A DNA stretch of 64,000 nt from Bugula neritina. Lineage: Eukaryota; Animalia; Bryozoa. Numbering within the stretch: position 1 is the stretch's first letter; each line of letters begins with the position of its first letter. The position numbers were made by a program, and so were the translations under genes. Shown piece by piece: positions 55,201 to 64,000 of the stretch. The notes under the pieces are model-generated. The model saw only the letters and a program-made list of their open reading frames with translations. It was not told where the DNA came from and did not search any database. The stretch covers positions 13,258,642 to 13,322,641 of the forward strand of contig OZ037770.1 of NCBI GenBank assembly GCA_964035545.1, given 5' to 3'.

Positions 55201-58200
55201 GCTGGTAAGTGGTAACAGCTGTAATTGCATGAAGTAAGGTAGTGATTAGGCTGTATGTATATAGTAGGTAGTTGGTTACTAGTTGGTTGTGTGTAGGTAG
55301 TTGAGATTAGTTTATCATGCTGGTAGTACAGAACAGTGCTAGGTGGCAGAAGGCATTGAATGTAGTGACTAATAGGTTTGGTAAGACTTGTTGATAAATA
55401 TGGTATGACCTGTTGGTAGATATGGTATGACCTGTTGATAAATATGGTATGACCTGTTGATAGATATGGTGTGACCTGTTGATGGACAACATGGTGTGAC
55501 CTGTTGATAGATATGGTGTGACCTGTTGATAGATATGGTGTGACCTGTTGATAAATATGGTGTGACCTGTTGATAGATATGGTGTGACCTGTTGATGGAC
55601 AACATGGTGTGACCTGTTGATAGATATGGTGTGACCTGTTGATAGATATGGTGTGACCTGTTGATAGTTATGGTAGAATTAGATACAGATGTCTCAGTGT
55701 CTTACATTGTAGATCAGAGCAGACGGTCGACTGTGTTGCTCATGGACGAGGGTCCGCCTCCCAACGTAACTATCCACCACCATTCACTCCAATCCTCTCC
55801 GGTGTCTTCACTCAAGTCAGCCACTACCTCTCCTACACGGTCTCCTCTCTCTAAAAGTGCTGCTTCTCCTAGTAGATCCACTCATTCTCCTAGTAGATCC
55901 GCCCATTCTCCTAGTAGATCCACCCATTCTCCTAGTAGATCCGCCCATTCTCCTAGTAGATCCGCCCATTCTCCTAGTAGATCCGCCCATTCCCCTAGTG
56001 GATCCACCCATTCTCCTAGTGGATCCACCCATTCACTTCAGGCTGCAGACGAGTCATTGAAGTCCCTGACTGCACTGAATCAGGAAGCGTGCAAGTCTGG
56101 TCTGGAACTTCGCGAGGTTCGAGAGGCAGCAATCAACAAAGAACATGGTGAGTTTTTAGTCATAGTTACTGATTACTACTCTCTTTCCTGTCACGTAATC
56201 CTGTAAATTGTGGCAATAATGCTGCTATTTTGTTGTAGAGTTCATGTTTTCGCCATTAGTTTCTGTGGCGCCGTCAGACTCTGTGACTGCAGATGTTTCC
56301 GGAGATAAGGAATTCATCTTCACAGAACCAGTGGGCTTTAGACGTTCTCCGAAGTTACCAGTCGCTAAAAAATTGGTGGTCATAGAAAAGAATTTAACTG
56401 AGTCAGCTGTTCAACAAGAAGCAGCCAATAAGCAACAAGAACTAGTTGATGAATCAGCCAATCAGCAACAAGAGGTACTTGATGAACCAACCAGTAAGCA
56501 ACAAGAATTAATTGATGAACTAGCCAACCAGCAACAAGAACTAGTTGAACCAGCCAACCAGCAACAAGAAGTGGTTGATAAATTAGCTAATCAGCAACAG
56601 GGACCAGATGTAATAAACCGAGAGCAGATAGATAAAAGTCAGCAGTCTTCAGAGAAGACTTTGATGGCTGATGTAGAACCTGCCGTCTCACTAGGTAATC
56701 CTGCTTTCTCCGTCCTTGAATATCTGTCTTTGGCTCTATATCAGAGAATCTTTGTTCTTTGTTTATCTTGAGCTTCATTGGATAGAATTTCACTCAGAAA
56801 TTCAAAAGTTGGTCATAGTTTAAACAGAAATGTACTCATCATGGTAAAGCATAAGTTTAGTTAACAAAGCGATACAACTTGAATATAATCAAAACTATTT
56901 AAAAGATACTTTCAAGTTTATAAAGTCATTTATCCAAAGGCTAATTCAATACTAATAAAAGTTTATTTATAACTATAATCTTAAAATAGTGGAACTTTAT
57001 AGAAAACCTAAACAGAACAAAACAGAAAACTTTTGTTGTAGTTTTCTCAACTTCTTTTGTAGCAGAAGAAGTGTTCCACTTCTCGCCCATTGTAGCGGTG
57101 GCAGCTGCAGATACCAGAGTTGAAAGGTCAACTGTTGTCACGTCGTACACCTTCACGCCTCCAGTAGCAGTCACCACAGCAGCTAGGAAGTCTCTGCGTA
57201 CCAAGAAACTTGCTCGACCAATCAACATCGCTCTACCTTCAGGTATATCTAGTCGACCAATTAGATTCTTAGTAATGTTTTCCTAGCAGCCATGTTGGCT
57301 TCTCTCGTAACTTGCAATGAGAAGTCATATCTGGTAGTAGATTTGATGTCAGTGTTTTATTCAATGCGTATTACTATTCTGTACTCGCCTCTTCAATGTT
57401 ATATTCTTTAAGATTTTATCCATTTTGTTCTGGTTTATAAGTAAAAAACCTTAATGGCTGTTTATTTTTACTTGATACTTCATTTTCAGTTTATAACTTC
57501 TATGTTTCTATGCTATAGCATGTTTGGTAATTTTCATTTATATTTATTGCAGCTAAAGAAAAGGCCGAAGCAGTTTCTAGGTTAGTATTAAACAGTATTA
57601 TTATCAGTCAAGTTTTGCTTATTGCTAATTTACTATAATATATAATTTACAACGTCAACTAAACTTGTAAGTTTTCTATCTAGTATTGCTGTAACCCAGA
57701 AGTCGAGGCGCAGTACTAAACCTATAAAACCGATTAACATAAATGTTCCAGATACTGTGTTTCAAAGGTCAGTTAGATTTATTTTTATGTATACCATTGA
57801 TGTCTATACACTATACCATGGATGTCTATACACTATACCATGGATGTCTATATACTATACTATTAATGTCTATATACTATACTATTGATGTCTATATGCC
57901 AATTATGTGCTGATTGGGCGATTCTTTGCTCCACAACTCTATTATGAATCCCAGACATGTTTAATGTTTGGCCATGTGTCTAAAGCTTTCTTTCATACGA
58001 CTGAGTGCTGACCGTCTAAACACACTCTGTTTTAGTCATGAGTTGCCAGCAGCGAAAGCCACCCGTTCTCAGGCAGCAGTTAAAACGGCAGCACCATCGG
58101 CAAAGAGAGAAAGTGAACCTCCCCTTCCAGTAGAAAGGTGGTTTCATTGTTTGTATACATTGTAGTAATCTATCAGTTGGTAGTGCAGGTCAAGGTAATT

Positions 58201-60109
58201 AATCAATATGTTTTTGTAATATTGTTTCAACCTTTTGCTTTAGGGATGAGCCGCCAACAGTACCCGTGACGCCCATCAGAAAGGAAATGCCTGAGATACC
58301 CTCTTCAGATGCAGGCGAGTCTATACTAGCCGGATCTCGCACTGTTGGTCGAGTGGCAACTCGCAGTCGCACTCGAAAGACGTCAGACTCTAGTGATGTT
58401 TCGGTTACCAAACCTGTGGAAAAATCAACGCCTGCCAGGCGCGGAAGGCCTAGAAAGACTTCCGTGTCCAGTAATAATGAAAATGTGGCTATGGATGAAC
58501 GACAAGCAGAACTGGCTGCAATAGTGGAGGAATCAGGTTTGAAACCAGGCGTGGGCACTGAACCGATTCCCACCCCAACTGTAGGCAATGCGAACGAGTC
58601 CATACTGGCCGGATCTCGCACTGTGGGGCGAGTGGCAACTCGCAGTCGTACTCGAAAGATGTCGGATTCTAGTGATGCTTCAACTTCGAGCGCAAAACCT
58701 GTTGAAAAACTGATAACTTCGAGGCGGGGAAGGCCTAGAAAGACTTCTCAATCAAGCAATGATGGAGAAGAGGCTATGGATGTACAACAAACAGAACTTT
58801 CCAGAATAGCAGAAGAGCCTGTTGCAGAGTCTAAGCCACCCGCAAGTGTCAGGAAGGGGCGTACGCGGCATACTTCCACAAGTTCTGCTTCTGCACAGCC
58901 TGAAACAGAAACTAGGGATACACGGAATAGAAGTACTAAGCCTGCAGGAGTTGTCCCAAATAGTCCTAGTAAAGAGCTGAGTAAGAAGGCAACTCCAAGC
59001 GCTTCTACTAGAAAGCAGAGAGCTTCCAGTGTGGACATTCTTTCTGAAGGTTAGCCAGTGCGCAGTCTGATTTCTCTTCCTTTTTCATTTCTCTGTATCT
59101 TCATTTGTTTTGTCTTTACATGATTAGTTTTTAATAAGGCTATAAGGCTCTATACATTCGCTATAATATCATCGAAATTTTGACGGTAAAGTCTTAATAT
59201 GTACGTTAAGTTGCAGTAACATAAAATATGTTTAATTTACAGTCTTATTTTTCATAAATCACTAATAATATTAAACTTATTTCATGTTGGTGTTCACACT
59301 AGCTGCTTTTTCGTAAATACATTAGGTTGAAGTTTGATTTGCAGGGTCATGTGTAGTCATTTAATGTGTGTTGTTATTGGCTGTTCATAAATATGCTGCA
59401 GAAGCAACTAGGAGCACGAGAAAGTCAACGAGGAAAACCAGACTGAGGTCTGCTGAACCAGAAGCGCCATCCTTGAGACTTGATGTTAAAATGAGTGAAG
59501 CGAAAGGATCCAAACAGGTGCGTCACAACTTACAACTGTAACAGCTCGTCTGTTGGTTAATATTCATGTTTGTTGGATTTCCATGCTTGTAAAGGAGTGA
59601 CTTGTTTTTGTGCTTGACCATGTTATATGAGAATTAGATTGTCACACTTCGCACAATTACCTGTTTCCCAGTACTTGTGAATAAGATGGGGTTGTGGTAT
59701 TTAACTTTGTCCTATTCATTTTAGTCTCCTACAAAACTGTCGGTGAAACTCACTTCTCCAAGAAAGACTCAGAGTGCAAGAAAGGCATCTTCCAGGTCAG
59801 TTTTGCTTCCCTGTTTTGTTTTTTATTGTGTTTTTTTGTTATTCTTATTAATCATCTGAAATCTGAAAATATTTTTACTATAACAATAAGTTGTCCAGGC
59901 TATTACTAATTTTGCTTTGTAAAATATAACTAAATTAAATTATAATTCAGATTTCAGATGTCTACTTGTTTTATTTTAGTGCTTCTCCAAAGCATAATAC
60001 ACGATCTCGGACTTCTGTGAAAAAGCCCCAGCTTTCACCCATTTCGGCATCACCCGCAGCAGAGTTGCCAACTAACATGCCTAGAACTCGCGCCAGAAGG
60101 AAACTTTAA
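28228..60109 (+). CDS. AHCTF1: Protein ELYS / AT-hook-containing transcription factor 1 (MEL-28 orthologue), 37 coding exons, ~2263 aa
   Basis: Exons: 28228-28324, 28748-29010, 29308-29434, 29730-29930, 30441-30549, 31054-31291, 32554-32689, 32984-33116, 33736-33902, 34534-34703, 48014-48104, 48189-48287, 48370-48516, 48715-48919, 49546-49660, 50009-50230, 50525-50709, 50990-51075, 51370-51542, 52061-52211, 52431-52671, 52827-52901, 53345-53517, 53838-53979, 54324-54451, 54608-54729, 54817-55204, 55713-56147, 56239-56694, 57063-57242, 57553-57580, 57684-57767, 58036-58137, 58244-59049, 59402-59517, 59725-59795, 59980-60109 (sum 6792 nt, phases consistent). Signature motifs matching recalled ELYS: YQEPENDPRSFGYLW, FDINRWYHAQMP, LMID...GGYPP, AVVDIFLLD, LWSID, LLCLPLT; also SILK/RVxF, RRGRPRK AT-hooks and a basic C-terminus RARRKL*. 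Confidence 0.93.
30567..30662. repeat. 32-bp tandem repeat (AACTTACCTGGTATAGACTTGAGTAAGTGTGT) x3, just after the ELYS exon 5 donor
   Basis: Copies start at 30567, 30599 and 30631. Confidence 0.9.
31054..31291 (+). CDS. AHCTF1: ELYS exon 6 (beta-propeller region, QEPENDPR motif)
   Basis: FSYQEPENDPRSFGYLWVV...LYQLAF; this is the true coding part of ORF 30947..32392. Confidence 0.92.
31298..32383. repeat. 20-bp minisatellite (GCTATACTCTACTGTATTCT), about 54 copies, in ELYS intron 6
   Basis: Tandem array starting 6 nt after the donor; the unit is built of related 10-mers/5-mers. Confidence 0.97.
32984..33116 (+). CDS. AHCTF1: ELYS exon 8 (FDINRWYHAQMP motif), absent from the ORF track
   Basis: ttt gat atc aac aga tgg tac cac gca cag atg cct, flanked by gacag| and |gtatct. 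Confidence 0.92.
34716..47987. repeat. 30-bp AT-rich satellite (consensus ATATAGTATAGTAATAACTATTATATTAAT), about 440 copies, filling ELYS intron 10
   Basis: Direct tandem array starting about 12 nt after the donor (34704) and ending about 25 nt before the acceptor (48013). Confidence 0.98.
51271..51383 (+). repeat. 56-bp tandem duplication of the ELYS exon 19 acceptor
   Basis: Two copies of ccacagtatcg(a/g)t(c/t)agtattctctcttggccctctctctgtag|gcaaggagttgtc. Confidence 0.92.
51745..51880 (+). mobile_element. tRNA-derived SINE-like element, copy 2 (diverged)
   Basis: ggctagtagttagagcactgac...gggcttgaatcccag...attgatgatgtcaagaaggg...ctgtgccac is colinear with copy 1. Confidence 0.55.
52913..53009. 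repeat. 30-bp tandem repeat (GTACTTAACTAGACTCTGGTAGACTTGACA) x3, after the ELYS exon 22 donor
   Basis: Seen directly. Confidence 0.88.
55385..55676. repeat. 22-bp minisatellite (GTTGATAGATATGGTGTGACCT), about 13 copies, before the ELYS exon 28 acceptor
   Basis: Seen directly. Confidence 0.92.
55865..56032 (+). repeat. Coding 21-bp repeat x8 encoding SPS(R/G)S(T/A)H in ELYS exon 28
   Basis: tctcctagtagatcc(a/g)cccat units, in frame. Confidence 0.92.
56410..56610 (+). repeat. Coding ~33-bp repeat x6 encoding ANQQQE(L/V)(V/I/L)DE(S/P/L) in ELYS exon 29
   Basis: Visible in the DNA and in ORF 56244..56771. Confidence 0.85.
57790..57897. repeat. 22-bp minisatellite (TATACCATTGATGTCTATACAC), 5 copies, after the ELYS exon 32 donor
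   Basis: Seen directly. Confidence 0.88.
58244..59049 (+). CDS. AHCTF1: ELYS exon 34 with duplicated AT-hook module
   Basis: Two RRGRPRK motifs (58437-58457 and 58722-58742) inside a ~280-nt internal duplication. Confidence 0.88.
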
Positions 60110-60216
60110 TTCAGACAATGCATATAAGATTGCAATCTATATCAACAGATACTCATTATTAGTTCATAAGTAATGAAGTCAAAATGCAATACATTCATTA
60201 ATTTCATGAGTATTAT

Positions 60217-60337
60217 TTTATTCTATTATTTTTCTTTCAAACTTGTGAAAATATATTTAGCTAGAAATAACATTTAAATAAGCATTTTTATTACAGCATG
60301 AGTTTTTAACTTTTCTATTTTTCTGTCAGTTTTTATT
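60217..60337 (-). terminator. Candidate polyadenylation signals (3x AATAAA) for the minus-strand gene
   Basis: TTTATT on the plus strand at 60217, 60287 and 60332, downstream of the stop at 60344. Confidence 0.5.
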
Positions 60338-60343
60338 GTAAAT

Positions 60344-63300
60344 CTATTCCGCTGGGGGTTGGGGAGTTGTTGCCTCTCTGGTGGGTCCACCAGCATCGTC
60401 TGGTTCACCTTGTGGTAGCTCTGGCTCATACTCGGCAAAAGCTTCGCTGGGTGGTTCGGAGCTTAGCGACTGGTACGTATCTTGCTCTCTCCCTGATGAC
60501 AGAGGGTTGATAGGACTGGGAGACCTTTGGTCATCTGCCGGTGGTGGCTGAGGCTCATCAAGCGCTGCTTCCATATTAGTACTTGGTTGCTCATTTGTGT
60601 CTCTTTGGATTTCTGTGGTGTTTCTAGAGCCATCTTGTTCCGCGGCTATATTTTCAGGTGTGGGATTCTGTGTTGGCTGTTGATCTGCTACATTTTGTTT
60701 TGTGGGAGCAACTTGTTGAGTCTTAGGTCTTACAACAGAGTGTTGACTGGTATTTTTAGGAGTGTCCGCACCATTGTCGTTCCTTGGTGAGTTTGGTTGC
60801 TGGAATACAGAGAACTGACTTGGGCTTTGTGGAGTCGGTCGTGTAAGCTTAGCAGTGTTTGGAGCTGGCTGGGGAGTGTTGTTGTTCTGAGCTCTGTTGG
60901 CCTGCTGGTTTAGCTGAAGTCGGCTCATGTTTTGTGGAGTAGCAGGCTCAGTTTGTCGATTCCCAGCCATAACCGAGTACTGACTCGGACTGATCTGTCG
61001 GTTTAATCGTTGGGGAGATTTGCTTTGTGCATTACCTAACGCTGGACCTCTTGGAGGTGCCACTGAGTACTGGCTTGGATTGTAAGGTCGTTGTTGTGGT
61101 TGCTGCTGGTTCAATGCCACCCGGCTCATATTTGGTGGAGTTTCTGGTACATTATGGAAATTGCTCACCATAACTGAATGCTGACTTGGGCTAATAGGTT
61201 TATTAAAATGTTGTGGAGAGTTGCTTTGTGTATTGCTTGTTGTATTTGGATAGCGGTTGACATTTTGTGGCGTTGTCATGCCTCTTGGAGGTGCCACTGA
61301 ATACTGGCTTGGATTTTGACGTGTTGGCCTGTTTTGTTGAGCCATTACTGAATACTGACTTGCGTTTTGTGCTGGTGAGATCATAGGCTTCTGTAAACCA
61401 CCAAAGATTTGACTACCATTTTTAGGTGTTTCAGAGCCTTGTCTCATATTTCCAGGTAGCATCACTGAGTATTGGCTTGAACTCTGAGGCATCTTCCTTG
61501 GCTGATTGACAGCAACCTGGCTCATGTTGGTTGGAGTAGCTGACTCTTTTGGTCCGTTATATGTTCTGGGGAGCATTACAGAGTATTGACTTGAGTTCTG
61601 CGGCATTCTTCCATACTGTGATGCTATTTTCTGCATGGGCCTTGGCTGATTGACAGCAACCTGGCTCATGTTAGGTGGAGTAGCTGATCCGTTTGTGCTA
61701 TTGTATGTTCCAGGTAGCATTACTGAGTATTGACTGGAACTCTGTGGCATTTTTCTGTTTTGTGCCTGTGGGCTGGAGTTATACAGATTGCCTCTGTTTG
61801 CTGTTGGACTTGTATTTGGGATACTAGTGTTAAGATAACTTCCACCTAGAGGAGTTCGACTTCCTTCTGGAGCATTCCTTGCTTGATAGACTGAGTATTG
61901 ACTAGGATTTTGTTTCCCAAAATTGTTTATTCTGTTTGATGTCTGTCCAAGATCTGGCTGTCTTCCTTGCAACATCACTGAATATTGACTCGCATTTTGA
62001 CCAGCATTGTTACTTGTAGCCATGGAGTTTAAACTGGCACTTGGTGGCGTGTTTGCAGGCCTAATCATAACAGAGTACTGACTATCTGTAGGCTTTTTAG
62101 GCTGTAGGCCAGGTTTTTGTGATGCTTGTTGCTCTTGTAGATTTCTGTGCTGTGTCCATGGTGAGCTAGATTGGATGGAATAATTGCTTTGAATTTGTTT
62201 TTGGCCTCCAATCGTATTGCGTGATGTGCCTGTCTGGCCATAGTGTTTAGTATTTGGACTTTTGCTTCTTCCTCTTTTGGTAACTTGCAATGTGTCCATT
62301 TTACTTTCGCTTACTGGGTATTTAGACATATTTGGGCTTATAGCATTATTAGTTTCTGAGGAAGGTTGTTCAGTGATTATTGGTGGAGGGGCTTGTACAT
62401 ATGAAACAGTAGATGGTTGTCCTCTCACTGCAAACATACTTTGCTGTGAGCTTGCACGCTGCTGCCAATCAGATAATGCATTTAATCTGCTTGGAGTAGG
62501 CAGTGTATGCCCATCTCTCATCGTTGTTGAATTATATCTGCTCTCGGTTTTGGTGGCTTGTGGTTGAAAGCCATTTACTGACTTTGTGCCAGGAGCTGCT
62601 CTATATTGACTCATTACTGATGGTTGTCTCATCATTGATGGAATCTTCTGTGGTTGCTGTTGACTGGTATCTTGATAACTTTGAGATGGAGGTGTTTCTG
62701 GCTGTTGCATCATTGATGGAACTACATTAGAGCGTAGAGATGTGGCAGGATTTTCAACATATTGGCTGTTATAAGAAGCATAATTTTGAGGTATGTTGGG
62801 CGAATTAGAGGCCATTATAGCCGTCTGAGTGAGCGACTGATTTTCAAGTTCTGCGTCCTCATCCTCTTGAATTGCACCCAACTGATTTTCATAATCTAGA
62901 GGTGGTGCGGTGTATACCTGTTGCACAATTGAAATAGCATCTGGATCTACTTCTCGCATAGTTGCTCCTGGATCATCATCTTCCTCAAACTCTACATCAG
63001 CAATTCCACTTTGTGGTGGCTCTACTCCATCTTTTGCCGAATAGTCTATAACCACTTTATTTGATAGTTGACTTGTTACCTTTGAATTATAATCATTAAT
63101 AGACGACATTTTCTGCTGTATATCAGATTGCTCTTCGGTAATTGTCTCGTATTTGTTTCTAGCGTCTGTCATACTGAAGCCCTGTGGCGTCTGCCCTCCT
63201 TGGAACATGGATATTGCGCTAGTTTGACCTCTTTGGGTGTATGATGGCTGTATCTGGCTTTGAATCTTAGAGACTGAGCGAGTTCCTACACCTAAATATA

Positions 63301-64000
63301 CTTCGCTTTCTTGTACACCTTGCTGATCTATTCCTGGAATGCTCTCTACTGGCTGTCCTAATTGCTGGTCATCTATCTGGTTTGGATCTGATTGATACAT
63401 GGCTTGTAGCTGGTTTTCGTCATTCTGATAATCTACATTTTGATTTTGGCCCATCATTTCTTGTTGAAATTGTAGCTGGTTTTCGAGCATAATTTGACTT
63501 TGATTAGTTGGAGTCATTCCACCTTCTATGGGAACAAACATGCTAGGTTGTTCTAGGTATTGGTCTTGATACGGAACTTGTGATTGATATGCATCAGGCT
63601 CTGCCATGTAACCTACATCGCCATATTCTTGATTATACATTTCTTGTTGATATGCCATTTCATCTTGATACGCTGCCTCATAGTTCTCATAATTTTGCAT
63701 GTCTTGTGGTAAATCATCTTGGAATGGTACATCTTGATAAGGCACTTGTTGCCCATTCATGTACATAAGACTTTGAGTCAGCGGCGTTTTAGTAGCTTGG
63801 TACACAGAATATGTTTGACCTAAACCTGCTTGTCGTTGAATGTATGATGGACTGTTCATTTGAGCCTGTGATGCTTGAGCTTGTTGGTATGCTGATAAGG
63901 TTTTACCTATGCCTCCTTGCGGTTGACCAGATGGGGACACTTTCATTTGACTTGGTGTCAAAGTATAGCCAGATAAATTTGGTGCCATTCGTAAGACACT
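60344..64000 (-). CDS. Uncharacterised Q/S/P/N-rich low-complexity protein, very large terminal (or single) exon; frame remains open to the window edge
   Basis: 1214-aa ORF with no stop between the Met at 63988 and position 64000 (agt gtc tta cga atg). Peptide motifs recur with varied codons, which supports real coding. AATAAA on the minus strand at 60337-60332, 60292-60287 and 60222-60217. Confidence 0.85.
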   Translation of the reverse strand, partial: SVLRMAPNLSGYTLTPSQMKVSPSGQPQGGIGKTLSAYQQAQASQAQMNSPSYIQRQAGLGQTYSVYQATKTPLTQSLMYMNGQQVPYQDVPFQDDLPQDMQNYENYEAAYQDEMAYQQEMYNQEYGDVGYMAEPDAYQSQVPYQDQYLEQPSMFVPIEGGMTPTNQSQIMLENQLQFQQEMMGQNQNVDYQNDENQLQAMYQSDPNQIDDQQLGQPVESIPGIDQQGVQESEVYLGVGTRSVSKIQSQIQPSYTQRGQTSAISMFQGGQTPQGFSMTDARNKYETITEEQSDIQQKMSSINDYNSKVTSQLSNKVVIDYSAKDGVEPPQSGIADVEFEEDDDPGATMREVDPDAISIVQQVYTAPPLDYENQLGAIQEDEDAELENQSLTQTAIMASNSPNIPQNYASYNSQYVENPATSLRSNVVPSMMQQPETPPSQSYQDTSQQQPQKIPSMMRQPSVMSQYRAAPGTKSVNGFQPQATKTESRYNSTTMRDGHTLPTPSRLNALSDWQQRASSQQSMFAVRGQPSTVSYVQAPPPIITEQPSSETNNAISPNMSKYPVSESKMDTLQVTKRGRSKSPNTKHYGQTGTSRNTIGGQKQIQSNYSIQSSSPWTQHRNLQEQQASQKPGLQPKKPTDSQYSVMIRPANTPPSASLNSMATSNNAGQNASQYSVMLQGRQPDLGQTSNRINNFGKQNPSQYSVYQARNAPEGSRTPLGGSYLNTSIPNTSPTANRGNLYNSSPQAQNRKMPQSSSQYSVMLPGTYNSTNGSATPPNMSQVAVNQPRPMQKIASQYGRMPQNSSQYSVMLPRTYNGPKESATPTNMSQVAVNQPRKMPQSSSQYSVMLPGNMRQGSETPKNGSQIFGGLQKPMISPAQNASQYSVMAQQNRPTRQNPSQYSVAPPRGMTTPQNVNRYPNTTSNTQSNSPQHFNKPISPSQHSVMVSNFHNVPETPPNMSRVALNQQQPQQRPYNPSQYSVAPPRGPALGNAQSKSPQRLNRQISPSQYSVMAGNRQTEPATPQNMSRLQLNQQANRAQNNNTPQPAPNTAKLTRPTPQSPSQFSVFQQPNSPRNDNGADTPKNTSQHSVVRPKTQQVAPTKQNVADQQPTQNPTPENIAAEQDGSRNTTEIQRDTNEQPSTNMEAALDEPQPPPADDQRSPSPINPLSSGREQDTYQSLSSEPPSEAFAEYEPELPQGEPDDAGGPTREATTPQPPAE

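Noticed and set aside
58199-59038. Minus-strand ORFs 58199..58621 and 58748..59038 (similarly 55817..56032, 311..667 and 9294..9551)
   Set aside because: Antisense shadows of real exons, with no independent motifs.
60030-60052. LSPISA near the ELYS C-terminus as a PP2A-B56 LxxIxE motif
   Set aside because: Lacks the required glutamate at position 6.

Overview
AT-rich animal (invertebrate-looking) genomic DNA with GT-AG introns and three protein-coding genes. (1) Minus strand, 22069 down past the window start: an AFAP1/XB130-family two-PH-domain adaptor with about 20 tyrosine docking motifs; 18 coding exons traced in phase, 3' end outside the window. (2) Plus strand, 28228-60109: a complete ELYS/AHCTF1 (MEL-28) nucleoporin gene; 37 coding exons traced by eye, all in phase, about 2263 aa. 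Its intron 10 (13.3 kb) is almost entirely a 30-bp, ~90% AT satellite of about 440 copies. (3) Minus strand, convergent with ELYS: one uninterrupted, Cys-free, low-complexity reading frame of at least 1214 aa with 13 SQ[YHF]SV motifs, open past the window end and unrecognised by me. The most unusual pattern is that many small tandem duplications sit on or immediately beside splice junctions, copying donors or acceptors; one of them has the layout of a possible nascent intron. Also present: micro- and minisatellites, two diverged copies of a tRNA-headed SINE-like element, and a possible piggyBac relic. All homology calls come from recalled motifs, not database searches.
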